A DNA stretch of 64,000 bases, taken from contig JAWSVH010000116.1 of NCBI GenBank assembly GCA_033852015.1, forward strand, positions 2,356-66,355, given 5' to 3'. Below the pieces are notes generated by a model, which worked only from the letters and a program-made list of their open reading frames with translations, did not search any database and was not told the origin of the DNA. Shown here in pieces: positions 1 to 9,940 of the stretch (its first letter is position 1; the number at the start of each line of letters is the position of its first letter). Source of the stretch: Desulfobacula sp. (GTDB taxonomy: Bacteria; Desulfobacterota; Desulfobacteria; Desulfobacterales; Desulfobacteraceae). The position numbers were made by a program, and so were the translations under genes.

Positions 1-1453
1 CTTTTACACAAAAAAGGGCAATAATGGTCAGGGTCAACAACCAGGAGCCGATAAGAGCAAAAGAAACCACAACAAAAATATTCCCCATAATTTCACCCAT
101 GACTGATTCTGCAAGGAAAAAGGCCATAAAGGCAGCAGAAGTGGTAATGGAAGACGTTAACAACGGCAGGGACAACTCTTTTGCCGATTCAATGGCAGAA
201 TCATAGGCTTTTATACCATTTTCCATTTTCACCATTATGGATTCAGACATGACAATAGCGTTGTCCACCAGCATACCCAGTGCAATAATGAGGGAAGCCA
301 GGGTCACCTGATTTAGCCCTGTTCCTGAAATAGACATCAAAAGTAAAGTCAAAATAATGGCAGTAGGAATCAGGGAAGCTACAATGGCACCTGTCCTGAT
401 TCCTAAGAAAACAAACATGACAACCAGAACCACCACAACGGCCTGGACCAGGTTACCTAAAAAGTCATTTACGGATTTTTCCACGACTAAATCCTGGGAT
501 GCAATTCTTTCAAACTCAACACCGTAAGGATAGATCTGTTTGAGTTTTGCAATCTTTTGATCCACCTGCCTGCCAAGGTTTATAATATTGCCATCTTTTT
601 TAAGATTGACAGCGATTGAAACACCAGGGTTCCCATTTATTCTAACCAATCTTTTCTGGGGTTCTTCATATCCGCGCCGGATATTTGCAACATCTTTAAG
701 ACGCAAAATCCGGCCGCTTTTTGATGAAATTATGATATTTCCAATATCGTTTACCTGTTCAAAATTTCCTGTGGGTTCGAGGATAATCCTCTGATCTCCT
801 ACTTTAATCTCTCCACCGGGAATAATAATATTAGTTTTGGAAATAAGTTCATTCAGTTTCGTTTTTGTCAGTCCGATATCAGCAAATTTTGCATCATTAA
901 ACTCTACATAAATTATTTCTTTCTGATAACCGTTGATTTCTACTTTTGCGGCTTCTGGCAGCTTGATGAGTTCGTCCCTTACGTCATCGGCAATTTCTTT
1001 TATTTCAGCATCGGAATATCCTTGGGCTGTCAGACCGACAATGATACCAAACACATCGCCGACTTCGTCATCAATATTTACGATGGCACCGTCCGGCAAT
1101 TCAGACTGGATACTTTCAACCTTTCGGCGCAGCCGATCAAATATCGGTTGAAGTTCAAAGATGCTTTCTTTAAGGGAGATACTGACAATGGAAATACCGG
1201 TTCTGGACTCACTGGTAATATAGTCCACTTCTGGAACTTCCTGGGTCACTTTTTCTATTTTATCTGAAATCAGATTTTCGATGCGCTCAGGGCTTGCACC
1301 GGGATAGCTTGTCACCACAGACATATATCTGATCAAAAACGACGGCATATCATCCCTTGGCATGGAATCAAAAACCGAGATTCCGCTCAAAATAAGGACA
1401 ACAAGAATAGACAGGGTCAATACATTATTTTTTATTGAAAATTTAGTGAGCAT
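1..1453 (-). CDS. Efflux RND transporter permease (AcrB/HAE1-like), N-terminal ~484 aa; the gene continues past the window start
   Basis: Not in the ORF track because it is open at the edge. My minus-strand translation from ATG at 1453 gives MLTKFSIKNNVLTLSILVVLILSGISVFDSMPRDDMPSFLIRYMSVVTSYPGASPERIENLISDKIEKV..., a typical RND N-terminus. It lies 21 nt downstream of the adaptor gene. Confidence 0.85.
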   Translation of the reverse strand, partial: MLTKFSIKNNVLTLSILVVLILSGISVFDSMPRDDMPSFLIRYMSVVTSYPGASPERIENLISDKIEKVTQEVPEVDYITSESRTGISIVSISLKESIFELQPIFDRLRRKVESIQSELPDGAIVNIDDEVGDVFGIIVGLTAQGYSDAEIKEIADDVRDELIKLPEAAKVEINGYQKEIIYVEFNDAKFADIGLTKTKLNELISKTNIIIPGGEIKVGDQRIILEPTGNFEQVNDIGNIIISSKSGRILRLKDVANIRRGYEEPQKRLVRINGNPGVSIAVNLKKDGNIINLGRQVDQKIAKLKQIYPYGVEFERIASQDLVVEKSVNDFLGNLVQAVVVVLVVMFVFLGIRTGAIVASLIPTAIILTLLLMSISGTGLNQVTLASLIIALGMLVDNAIVMSESIMVKMENGIKAYDSAIESAKELSLPLLTSSITTSAAFMAFFLAESVMGEIMGNIFVVVSFALIGSWLLTLTIIALFCVK

Positions 1454-1474
1454 GGCTTTTCCTTATAAAAAATC

Positions 1475-2563
1475 TTATTTGATCCTGACTTCAAGTTTGT
1501 TTGAAAGATGGGAGATACCCGCAGTTACAACCAGATCTCCGGTTTGTATTCCTTTGAGTACTTCAAATCCACTGCTTGTCATCTTCCCAATATCGACGGT
1601 CATTTTTTCTACCACTCCCAGGCCTTGGCCGGTTTTTTTTACCAAGTATACAAAATGTCCTGTATTGTCCTTTCCCACGGCATGTACAGGAACCATCAGG
1701 ACTTTCTTTGCGTCTTTGTTTCCAAAATCAAACAATAGTGTGGCCGGCATGCCCGGGCGTATTGCATCCGATGGATTTAAAATCCGGATGGTGACAGGAT
1801 ATGTGGAAGAATCTGCATCAATATTATAGGACACCTCAGTGATTCTCCCATTGAACTTTTGACCTCCAAGGGGGCTGAATGATAATGTTACCGGGTCATT
1901 TTTTTTAATTCCAGAGATATAAGAATCCGGTATTCCGGCCTGTACCTCCATCTCATCCATTGTTAGAATTTCCAGGATCACCTCGCCGGCTGATACATTT
2001 TCTCCTTCTTCAACAACCACCCCTGAGATCATGCCGGATATCGGTGCGTAAACCTTAAAATACCCCAGTTCTTTTTTCTTTAAATTTAGGGATTTTTTAT
2101 CGGTCATATACGAGGCTTTGGCATTAGCCAGTTTTTCCTTGGCAGCCTCGTATTCGTTTAAAGGCACATTGTTATTTTCATACAAGCTTTTTATACGCGA
2201 CAGATTGGATATTGCCGTATCCATATAGACCTTTGATTTATTTACTGCTGATTGTGTTTTTTCATATTGCAGCACGGCATCGGAATGATCCAAAGACGCA
2301 ATCAACGCCTTTTTTTGTATCCTATCGCCTTCTTTTTGAAAGATTTTTTCAAGTTTGCCGCTCACCCTGAAACTGACACGGGATATACTGCCCGCCTTTG
2401 ATACCCCGGAAAAGGAACGGATCTTATTCGCTTTGTCGGCAGATACGATAATATATTTGACAGATCTTATAATCTTTTGGGGTGATTTTTGTGCTTCATC
2501 ACCGCAGGACACCATCATTAAAAACGCAAGTGATATTAATACTAATCTGAAACAAACAGCCAT
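1475..2563 (-). CDS. Efflux RND transporter periplasmic adaptor (HlyD/MFP family), lipoprotein
   Basis: Lipobox-like LMMVSCG near the N-terminus, coiled-coil hairpin region and beta-barrel C-terminus typical of MFPs. GGAGAAGG RBS before the ATG. Sits between the OMP and RND genes. Confidence 0.9.
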   Translation of the reverse strand: MAVCFRLVLISLAFLMMVSCGDEAQKSPQKIIRSVKYIIVSADKANKIRSFSGVSKAGSISRVSFRVSGKLEKIFQKEGDRIQKKALIASLDHSDAVLQYEKTQSAVNKSKVYMDTAISNLSRIKSLYENNNVPLNEYEAAKEKLANAKASYMTDKKSLNLKKKELGYFKVYAPISGMISGVVVEEGENVSAGEVILEILTMDEMEVQAGIPDSYISGIKKNDPVTLSFSPLGGQKFNGRITEVSYNIDADSSTYPVTIRILNPSDAIRPGMPATLLFDFGNKDAKKVLMVPVHAVGKDNTGHFVYLVKKTGQGLGVVEKMTVDIGKMTSSGFEVLKGIQTGDLVVTAGISHLSNKLEVRIK

Positions 2564-2578
2564 TTTGAACCTTCTCCC

Positions 2579-4930
2579 TTATTTTTGTTTTAAATCCATA
2601 TATGTTTTTAAACTGTTCGAATAATCCAGATCTTCCTGTTCTGTTGAAAAAAGTCTGTACCTGCTTGCTGTTCTTTCAAGATTGAATACAGACAATAAAT
2701 ATTCATAGACAGATGTCAGTGCCCCGAGTTTTGTATTCAAGGCATCACTTTGAGCATTAATCAGTTCAGTAATTGAAACCTTGCCTTTTGCATAGGATTC
2801 TTGCACAAGATCAAGGCTTTTTTTAGCATAGTGATTAGATTCTTTGGAAGATTCAAGATTAATATATTTATTAATAACATTGAGTGCGGCTGACCTGACG
2901 TTTTCCTCTAAATTGATAACCAGGTTATCAGTCTTTTTTTTAAGCTGATTCATTTGCTTTTGTGCTTTTATCTGATTTATCCGGGTGGAACCGCCTGTAA
3001 AAATGGGCCAGGAAAGATTGACGGCCACTGTCCACTGGTCATCTTCAACACTGACTCCCGATACATCCGATCCCTTGCCATCCCGGTTAAAAATATGTGT
3101 GGTATCGCCGGTTAACGCTGCTGTAGGAAAATAGCGTTTACGTTCATAATTAAGATATTGCCTTTGAATCACCGCCATATTGGCCTCAAGTTCTTTTACT
3201 TCCGGTGAGTAGTGAAGTGCCTGGATTACTAAAAAATCAACCAATTTCTCAAAAGTTGCCGGATTATCGATATATTCATATGTCCTGATATTGGAATATG
3301 TTTTAAACAAATCTCCAGTCAAGGATTCATCCTTAACTGCAAGATCGCTATCCAGAGGGCGGTGCATTAATTTATTCAAACTTATTATACTCAATTTATA
3401 TGCATTCATTGCCTCAAAAAGGCCGGATGTCGCTGTTGCAATTGAGCTTTGCCATCGATATACATCCGATGCGCCCGAATACCCGGCCACTTGACGCTGT
3501 TTGGCGATTGCCAGATACCGCTTGGTTAATTCAAGGTCTTTCTTTTGTATCATGGCACGAGTTTTTGCCTTCAATAGACCAAAGTAAGCTTCAAGTGCAT
3601 TATAAATGGTATCCAGATAAAGGGCTTTATGGGATTCTTTCCTGGCTGTTAATACATTGTCATTCACTTGCACACTGGTGTTCAAATCATCAGAAAATAA
3701 CACTTGTTCAAGTTTCATATTCCCGGATGTGGTTCTCTGGGCCTGCTGCCCGCCTGAATTTTGGGCACGGTCTTCATCAATAATGGTCTGGGTGGCATTG
3801 GCGGAAAGGGAAGGATAATAGCCTGATTTTGCCAAATTTAAATCTTCAGCAACCAAATCCATATCATCCTCTGAAATCTTAAGATCGAGATTCTCTTTAA
3901 GCGTTTCACTAACCACTTGCTCAAGTGTCATCATTTCTGTATTCGAATCAACCAGTTCATTTACGACGTGGGCACGTGCCAGGATAGAAAATTTGGGTGA
4001 AAAATCAATTTTTTTGGCCGCTTGAATATTAATAGTCAATTTTTCTTCGAAATCAAGATGTAACGGCAAGGTAGAAAAATTTTCCCCATTTATTGATGCC
4101 TCGATATTCAGTGCAATCCGCCTAACTATTTTCACAAGGCTTTCTTCCGGTGATATCGATGCCAGTACGCCTGCATCAATATCTTTTAATGATGAACCGA
4201 ATGAAGGGATTTTTTTCTTTGCCAGATGCGCAATAAGCTCTTTTTTGGGTGCGCCTTCAAACCGGCCCATATTGCCGAGAAAAGCAGCATCAAATTCATG
4301 CGTTTTTTTAAGAGCATCATCAATGCCATCCTTTAGGCCGATAATGGAAAATTGTGCATTGTTCCCGTGAACCAGACGCTGAATGGGATCGGTGTTTTTT
4401 ACAACAGCCGCGATAATATTCTCATCTGCTATGATGGCCACTTTTTTGTATGGGTATACTTCTTTAAAAACTTGAAGATCTCTTTTTAACGACTGATTAA
4501 ATAATATATAGGTCAGATTATGAACATTGGATTGATTGTTGGGCTGTATTTTAAGTCCCTGGATTTCCGGTTCTATAATACCCACTGCAATGGTCGGTTT
4601 TTTAAAGCGCTTATTTTCAATAACAGCGCCGCTGGACAAGACTCCGAATGCAATGATCAGGTTGACATTTAGATGTTTTTCAAGAAACGCATAATGATCC
4701 TTGGCTTTTTGAAATTGCCCGTCTGAAGATAAAATTAATTGATCTGAAAATTGAACCTTACCCGGCAGTAATGCATGGATTTCCTTTTGCAAATCCTGAA
4801 TCAATCCTGCTGAATCAAAGCGTGTATCATCCAGAATGATACCCGGTTTTATGATTGTTGTCCCTGAATATGCACAAATTGGAATAAATATTATATAAAA
4901 AATAACAATAACCAATTTTATTAATTTCAT
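2579..4930 (-). CDS. TolC-family outer membrane efflux protein with an N-terminal ABC-substrate-binding-like (PF04392-type) domain, 783 aa
   Basis: The C-terminal ~440 aa has the TolC/OEP repeat character (..LNLAKSGYYPSLSANA.., ..WPIFTGGSTRINQIKAQKQ..). The N-terminal ~335 aa resembles ABC_sub_bind periplasmic binding proteins (..KKVAIIADEN.., ..KKIPSFGSS..DAGVLASISPEE.., ..LTINIQAAKKIDFSPKFSILARAHVV). AGGAGA RBS. Confidence 0.8.
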   Translation of the reverse strand: MKLIKLVIVIFYIIFIPICAYSGTTIIKPGIILDDTRFDSAGLIQDLQKEIHALLPGKVQFSDQLILSSDGQFQKAKDHYAFLEKHLNVNLIIAFGVLSSGAVIENKRFKKPTIAVGIIEPEIQGLKIQPNNQSNVHNLTYILFNQSLKRDLQVFKEVYPYKKVAIIADENIIAAVVKNTDPIQRLVHGNNAQFSIIGLKDGIDDALKKTHEFDAAFLGNMGRFEGAPKKELIAHLAKKKIPSFGSSLKDIDAGVLASISPEESLVKIVRRIALNIEASINGENFSTLPLHLDFEEKLTINIQAAKKIDFSPKFSILARAHVVNELVDSNTEMMTLEQVVSETLKENLDLKISEDDMDLVAEDLNLAKSGYYPSLSANATQTIIDEDRAQNSGGQQAQRTTSGNMKLEQVLFSDDLNTSVQVNDNVLTARKESHKALYLDTIYNALEAYFGLLKAKTRAMIQKKDLELTKRYLAIAKQRQVAGYSGASDVYRWQSSIATATSGLFEAMNAYKLSIISLNKLMHRPLDSDLAVKDESLTGDLFKTYSNIRTYEYIDNPATFEKLVDFLVIQALHYSPEVKELEANMAVIQRQYLNYERKRYFPTAALTGDTTHIFNRDGKGSDVSGVSVEDDQWTVAVNLSWPIFTGGSTRINQIKAQKQMNQLKKKTDNLVINLEENVRSAALNVINKYINLESSKESNHYAKKSLDLVQESYAKGKVSITELINAQSDALNTKLGALTSVYEYLLSVFNLERTASRYRLFSTEQEDLDYSNSLKTYMDLKQK

Positions 4931-5872
4931 GAATTCTCCTAAAATTTATCAGAAAAGGATAAAATGAAATAATAACTATTCTTTGGTCGATTGTAAATGT
5001 AATACGGCAAAAAAGCTACGGGCAATTGATTCCAAAAATTATTTACCTGCCAGGTGAAAGTTAAGTACACACCGAACTTCTTCAATGGCAATGATAAAAG
5101 GCATTGTCATATCTGATGGTGGTAGTATAACCGATTAAGTTAATATCGGGAGTAGATCATTCAGGCACAGCCTTCTGACGATGGTTACACCCACAAGACG
5201 TGGTTTTTTATTCATAATAAAAGTCACTTTTTAAAATATTGAAGGCTTTATAGAAATGGATAGATATTTCTAACGTTCATTATTATCGAAAGCGAATATA
5301 ATGGTATAAGTACACGGTAAATTCAGGCGAAAAATACTAAGCACTTTGTCTATCTATCCGCTGGGTTGACCAGTATTTTAAAGGTATTAACTATTATAAA
5401 ATTCTTGGGTTTTCTGAATATTAGTAAGGCACCACATGTTGTCGTCAATGGAAATTTTATTCATCACACCGATAATCAACTTTTTAATAAGTAGATCATA
5501 TTTCAGAAAATTCCTTCTCGGGATCTGAACAAAAACAAAGTTAGAATTATACATCAAAAAAAATGGACACTTTTTTTCTACCAGATCACCGTAAAGCCTT
5601 TCAGTTCATACCATTTATGCCCGCTATTAATTTATTGTATATTTGACTCAGAATTGTTTTCATCAAATACATAGTGTATAGTAGTGAACATTCCGTTCCC
5701 TTGACGATATGAATAGCTGTCATTGTTATACGATCTAATGAGCGTGAAATAGAGACTTCCCTTAAAATTAAAAATTTGGATCATCTCATGTCTAAAAACA
5801 AAGCGAATCAAGGTCTGAAAAATTGAATTCATTTTGTAACTTATAAGATTTTCATAAAAAAAGGAGGGGATA

Positions 5873-6565
5873 ATGCGTTACTTATTTTTAGTCTTCCTGA
5901 TTACAGCCTTAATAATTTCATGTTCTTCTGGATTAGTCTTTAGCGGGGAATTCGAAAATGTTTTGGAGAAGGCTGAGCAAGGGAATTCTACTGCTCAAAA
6001 TTACCTTGGGTTAATGTATGTTAAGGGTCAAGGAGTCAATCAGGATTACAGAAAAGCAATTCAGTGGTTTGAAAAAGCGGCTGAGCAGGGAAATCCTTCA
6101 GCCCATAATAGTCTTGGTTTGATGTATTATAAAGGCAAAGGAGTCTCCAAAAATTATAATAAGGCCATTCACTGGTTCACTAAAGCATCCAAGTTGGGAT
6201 ATGCTGGTGCTCAGTATAACCTTGGAATGATGTACTATATAGGTCGCAATGATCCATTTGACGGCAATGGAGTTGCTCAAGATTATCAAGAGGCCTTTCA
6301 TTGGTTTAAAAAGGCAGCTGATCAGGGGAATCCTTCGGCTCATAATAGTCTTGGGATTATGTATTATAAAGGCCACGGTGTTGAGCAAAATTATATAACC
6401 TCATACATTTGGAATTATAAGTCCATCAAATTGGGTAATCAGAATGCAATTCAATTTAGAAAGAAAATATTAAAGAAATTAACACAGGAACAGATTGCAG
6501 AAACTGAGGCTGAAATTACTAAGTTAAAAGAAAAAGCCGACGCTTCAAAAGAAGAAAAAAAATAG
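5873..6565 (+). CDS. Sel1-like repeat (SLR/TPR) protein, probable lipoprotein
   Basis: Repeated motif GNxxAQxNLGxMYxxGxGVxQDYxKAxxWFxKAAxQG occurs at least 4 times. Signal peptide with ISCSS lipobox. AGGAGGGG RBS. Confidence 0.9.
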   Translation: MRYLFLVFLITALIISCSSGLVFSGEFENVLEKAEQGNSTAQNYLGLMYVKGQGVNQDYRKAIQWFEKAAEQGNPSAHNSLGLMYYKGKGVSKNYNKAIHWFTKASKLGYAGAQYNLGMMYYIGRNDPFDGNGVAQDYQEAFHWFKKAADQGNPSAHNSLGIMYYKGHGVEQNYITSYIWNYKSIKLGNQNAIQFRKKILKKLTQEQIAETEAEITKLKEKADASKEEKK

Positions 6566-6582
6566 TAATGTGATTCTCTATT

Positions 6583-7371
6583 ATGAAATATATATTTATA
6601 AGTATATTAGTATTAAATAGTCTGGTAACCTTTTGTCACGCAGAAATACAATTGTCTAATTCAGACGCTCTAATTTTGGCCAACAAGATATGGCGAAACG
6701 AAGGGGATGGGAAAAATCAGTATTTAACTCATTGGAATGAAGGAGAAACGTTTGCTTCACTTGGAATGGGGCATTTTATTTGGTATCCGGCAAATATTAG
6801 TGACCGCCCCTATCGTGAATCTTTTACCCAATTATTAACCTACCTACGAGAAAATGATATAAAATTACCCGATGGCATCACACCAAACACACCATGTTTT
6901 TGGCCCAATCGAACAGCTTTTTATAAGAATTTTGATTCTCCCAAAATGCATGAACTCCGACAAATACTGAAAACAACCTTTTTAGAACAGACACAATTTA
7001 TGGTTTTACGTTTGAATCAATCTTTGCCCAAGATCATTGAAGCAGCCTCAAAAAAAAATCAACCTCATATCAAAAAACAATTGGAAATTATCACACAAAC
7101 CCCTAACGGAATTTATACTTTAACGGATTATGTCAATTTTAAGGGTGAGGGTGTTTTCAACAAAGAATGCTACCAAGGCTATGGGTGGGGACTTCTGCAG
7201 GTCTTGGATGCAATGCCTGAGAACAGTAAAAACAATGTTCTTGTTGATTTTGTTAACGCAGCTGATTTTGTATTAACAAGGCGTGTAAAGTATGCACCAA
7301 AAGACGAAAGCCAATGGTTAGCAGGCTGGCGGAAAAGATTGCAAACATATTTAGTACAGGAGAGCAACTGA
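6583..7371 (+). CDS. Secreted hypothetical protein
   Basis: N-terminal signal peptide (ILVLNSLVTFCHA-EI) and a 262-aa ORF 17 nt after the Sel1 gene. The weak NEG...GYGWGLLQV pattern is only loosely reminiscent of lysozyme-like folds, so no function is assigned. Confidence 0.6.
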   Translation: MKYIFISILVLNSLVTFCHAEIQLSNSDALILANKIWRNEGDGKNQYLTHWNEGETFASLGMGHFIWYPANISDRPYRESFTQLLTYLRENDIKLPDGITPNTPCFWPNRTAFYKNFDSPKMHELRQILKTTFLEQTQFMVLRLNQSLPKIIEAASKKNQPHIKKQLEIITQTPNGIYTLTDYVNFKGEGVFNKECYQGYGWGLLQVLDAMPENSKNNVLVDFVNAADFVLTRRVKYAPKDESQWLAGWRKRLQTYLVQESN

Positions 7372-7818
7372 CGTATAATCTCGGTACTATTAATAAGATA
7401 GTATTTTTGTGTCTTTTAGAATTTCAATATCTGGAAAACTGGCAATTCAACGTTCTACATTATAAATATATACTTCTTGCCATATACAAAACCATCTCAA
7501 TGCTTCGTCAGGATTCAAGTGAAGTATACTTTTGATACCCATAACAATATCGATTTTTGAAAATTCCCGACAGGAATAAACATCCTTAAATTCAAATACA
7601 TATATAAATTTGAATTTTCCCCAATTTTATGTATTCTTTTTCCAAATTTATTTTACTATATCCATAGATATATGATATAGTAACAAATATCGAATACTTT
7701 CTGACCAGATTCAGGCTTTTTTTAAGAACGATTTTCATGCACTCGCAATCTTTTTGTTTCGTCAGCATATAGTTATTTGACCATAATTTTTATATTTACG
7801 AAATTGAGGCAATTTATT

Positions 7819-9054
7819 ATGTCAAGAATCATTACGATCACCAGTGGTAAAGGCGGCGTGGGCAAAACCAGTATCAGCCTTAATCTGTCTTTATCTCTTG
7901 CATCTAAAGGCTTTAGTGTTTGCCTATTTGATGCAGACTTAGGGCTTGCAAATGTTAATATACTAACCGGGATCCACCCAAAGCAAGACCTTGAATCTGT
8001 AATTTCCGGACAACGAAGCCTGGACGAAATCATGATCAAGAATTTCCAGGGTATCGATATTATCCCGGGCAGTTCCGGGATTGAAAAAATCGCAAATTTG
8101 ACAAAGACCCAAACCGCCACCCTTATTAGCAACTTTTTGGATCTTAAAGATTATGATTATTTTATTTTTGATACCTCTGCCGGAATATCCTCTCAAGTAC
8201 TTTCCTTTTGTTTAACTTCCCAGGAAATTGTCCTTGTTGTGACAGATGAGCCTACATCTTTGACAGATGCCTATGCCATGCTCAAAATTTTATCAAAACA
8301 TAAATACAACTATCCGATAAAAGTAGTGGTGAATCGCGTGATAGAAAGCAAAACTGCAAAAAAAGCATATCTGCAATTAAAAAAAACAGCGAATAAATTT
8401 CTTAGTATTAACATAGAGCCGTTGGGTATTATCGCTGCAGATCCCTCTGTTCAAAAAGCGGTTATTTCCCAAACACCCTTTTTTATTTCATCTCCCCAAA
8501 CCGTTGCTTCAAAATGTATTAAAAATATAACAGACAAATTAATCAGAGAATATGGAAAAGTTGATGATCTGCCCCTAGAGCTTTTCTGGGGAAGATGCCT
8601 GGCATTCTTTGACAAGCATGCAAAAACAAAAACAGAAGAAACACCGATCCAGGAAAATACAGTTATAAGAGAAAAGACAAACATAGATACTGAAAAATAT
8701 TTAGGTTTTGATACGCGACTGCTGAGCGTTGAATCTAAACTCTCCGATCTTATCAAGGAGATTCAAGAACTCAAAAATATCGTCAAAGACCAATCTGTAG
8801 AACCTAAAAATAAAGCCAATGAAATTAAGATTGAATCCTGGGCCGATACAAAACGGATTACCTTAGAAGATGAACCAGACATAATGCCACAGAACAACTC
8901 AGAACCCATTGTTCTTCATAAAACAAAAAAAGACCAGAAGCCCATTGTCCGGGGGCAGTTAAGAAATCCAACCCGTGAAGAACTGGCAAGCTGGAATGGA
9001 ACAAATAGCCCTGTTGTTATAGCCGATGATATGCAAAAACGAAGATACCGCTAA
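7819..9054 (+). CDS. MinD/ParA/FlhG-family P-loop ATPase with a ~150-aa non-homologous C-terminal extension
   Basis: Deviant Walker A in ITITSGKGGVGKTSISLNL, then DADLGLANVN and the Walker B-like YFIFDTSAG. Start moved to ATG 7819 (MSRIITITSGKGG), which is preceded by GAGG. The C-terminal third is charged, coiled-coil-like and low in complexity. Confidence 0.8.
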   Translation: MSRIITITSGKGGVGKTSISLNLSLSLASKGFSVCLFDADLGLANVNILTGIHPKQDLESVISGQRSLDEIMIKNFQGIDIIPGSSGIEKIANLTKTQTATLISNFLDLKDYDYFIFDTSAGISSQVLSFCLTSQEIVLVVTDEPTSLTDAYAMLKILSKHKYNYPIKVVVNRVIESKTAKKAYLQLKKTANKFLSINIEPLGIIAADPSVQKAVISQTPFFISSPQTVASKCIKNITDKLIREYGKVDDLPLELFWGRCLAFFDKHAKTKTEETPIQENTVIREKTNIDTEKYLGFDTRLLSVESKLSDLIKEIQELKNIVKDQSVEPKNKANEIKIESWADTKRITLEDEPDIMPQNNSEPIVLHKTKKDQKPIVRGQLRNPTREELASWNGTNSPVVIADDMQKRRYR

Positions 9055-9101
9055 CAAATTCTCATTTGTTTATGCAATTTCTTTCTTAAATAAATGTTGA
9101 G

Positions 9102-9281
9102 TTAAAATGGAGTGAAGACTTCTTTTCCATCCCTTGCGTCAAACAAAATCTGGGAGACTTTTCGAGTCGCAAGTGTATCATTGTAATTTTTTAAATTTCC
9201 AGGATGTTTAGGTTTTGAGCCTGACTGACATTTTTTTATGTATTTTCTAACCTGAGCGCGGTTCCTTTCCGAAAGATACAT
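9102..9281 (-). CDS. Small hypothetical protein (59 aa), below the ORF-track cutoff
   Basis: My translation: MYLSERNRAQVRKYIKKCQSGSKPKHPGNLKNYNDTLATRKVSQILFDARDGKEVFTPF. GGAG lies 5 nt upstream of the ATG, and the ORF starts 25 nt downstream of the PilZ stop on the same strand. Confidence 0.35.
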   Translation of the reverse strand: MYLSERNRAQVRKYIKKCQSGSKPKHPGNLKNYNDTLATRKVSQILFDARDGKEVFTPF

Positions 9282-9306
9282 ACAATCTCCTTTTGAAAGT
9301 GGATGT

Positions 9307-9774
9307 TTAACAATGAAACAAAAAATATTTTCCTAGATCATCATAATGTTCTGAATTCGAAAATTCACAACCAATTTTCATATCAGATATAATCTTTTTT
9401 ACTTTAACCTGGCGCACTATTTTTGAATGATGATGATCATCCAGAATAAATTCAAGTTCTATCTTCTGTCCGATTTCGAAAGAAAGTTTCTGAACTAGAC
9501 AAACCTTCATACCATGCTGAGAAATATCTTCAACTACGATCTCATGTTTTCCAGTATCCGACTTCATGTATCCAGACAGACATACATTTTTTCTTATCGA
9601 ACGTCGCCGCTCAAGGTCCACAGAAAAAGCGTGGCCACACCGACATTTATATTTCAATCTTATCTTTGACTTGTGTCCAATAAACTTTGATACATCTTTG
9701 TTCTCTGACTTCCCACATTCAGAACAGGGAAATACTGCTGTCACTTTTGATGTTACATACACTTTTAAAGCCAT
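9307..9774 (-). CDS. PilZ-domain protein with N-terminal Cys4 zinc-ribbon-like motif
   Basis: CSEC...CRC pairs at the N-terminus. PilZ signatures RRRSIR (RxxxR) and DISQHG (D/NxSxxG). AAGGAA RBS. Confidence 0.8.
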   Translation of the reverse strand: MALKVYVTSKVTAVFPCSECGKSENKDVSKFIGHKSKIRLKYKCRCGHAFSVDLERRRSIRKNVCLSGYMKSDTGKHEIVVEDISQHGMKVCLVQKLSFEIGQKIELEFILDDHHHSKIVRQVKVKKIISDMKIGCEFSNSEHYDDLGKYFLFHC

Positions 9775-9940
9775 GACACTAAGTTCCTTTTCAACAGAAT
9801 AACGCTTGCATCTCTTATAAGATATCTATATCGAAAAAAACAAGTCTTAAAAGAGAAAGGATGACTTTTTTTGATTTATATCAATGTTATCTATATAAGA
9901 GGTATGATAACATGAGAGTAAAAAAAGGAAATATCATATA

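Noticed and set aside
24-1267. Several 60-81 aa plus-strand ORFs at the window start
   Set aside because: They lie antisense to a continuous, clearly RND-permease-like minus-strand frame (1-1453) and have no RBS or recognisable motifs, so they are likely spurious.
7436-7455. TGGCAATTCAACGTT as a sigma-54 promoter (also TGGCACACTATATTCA at about 27276)
   Set aside because: The -12 element lacks the GC at the required spacing, so neither was called.
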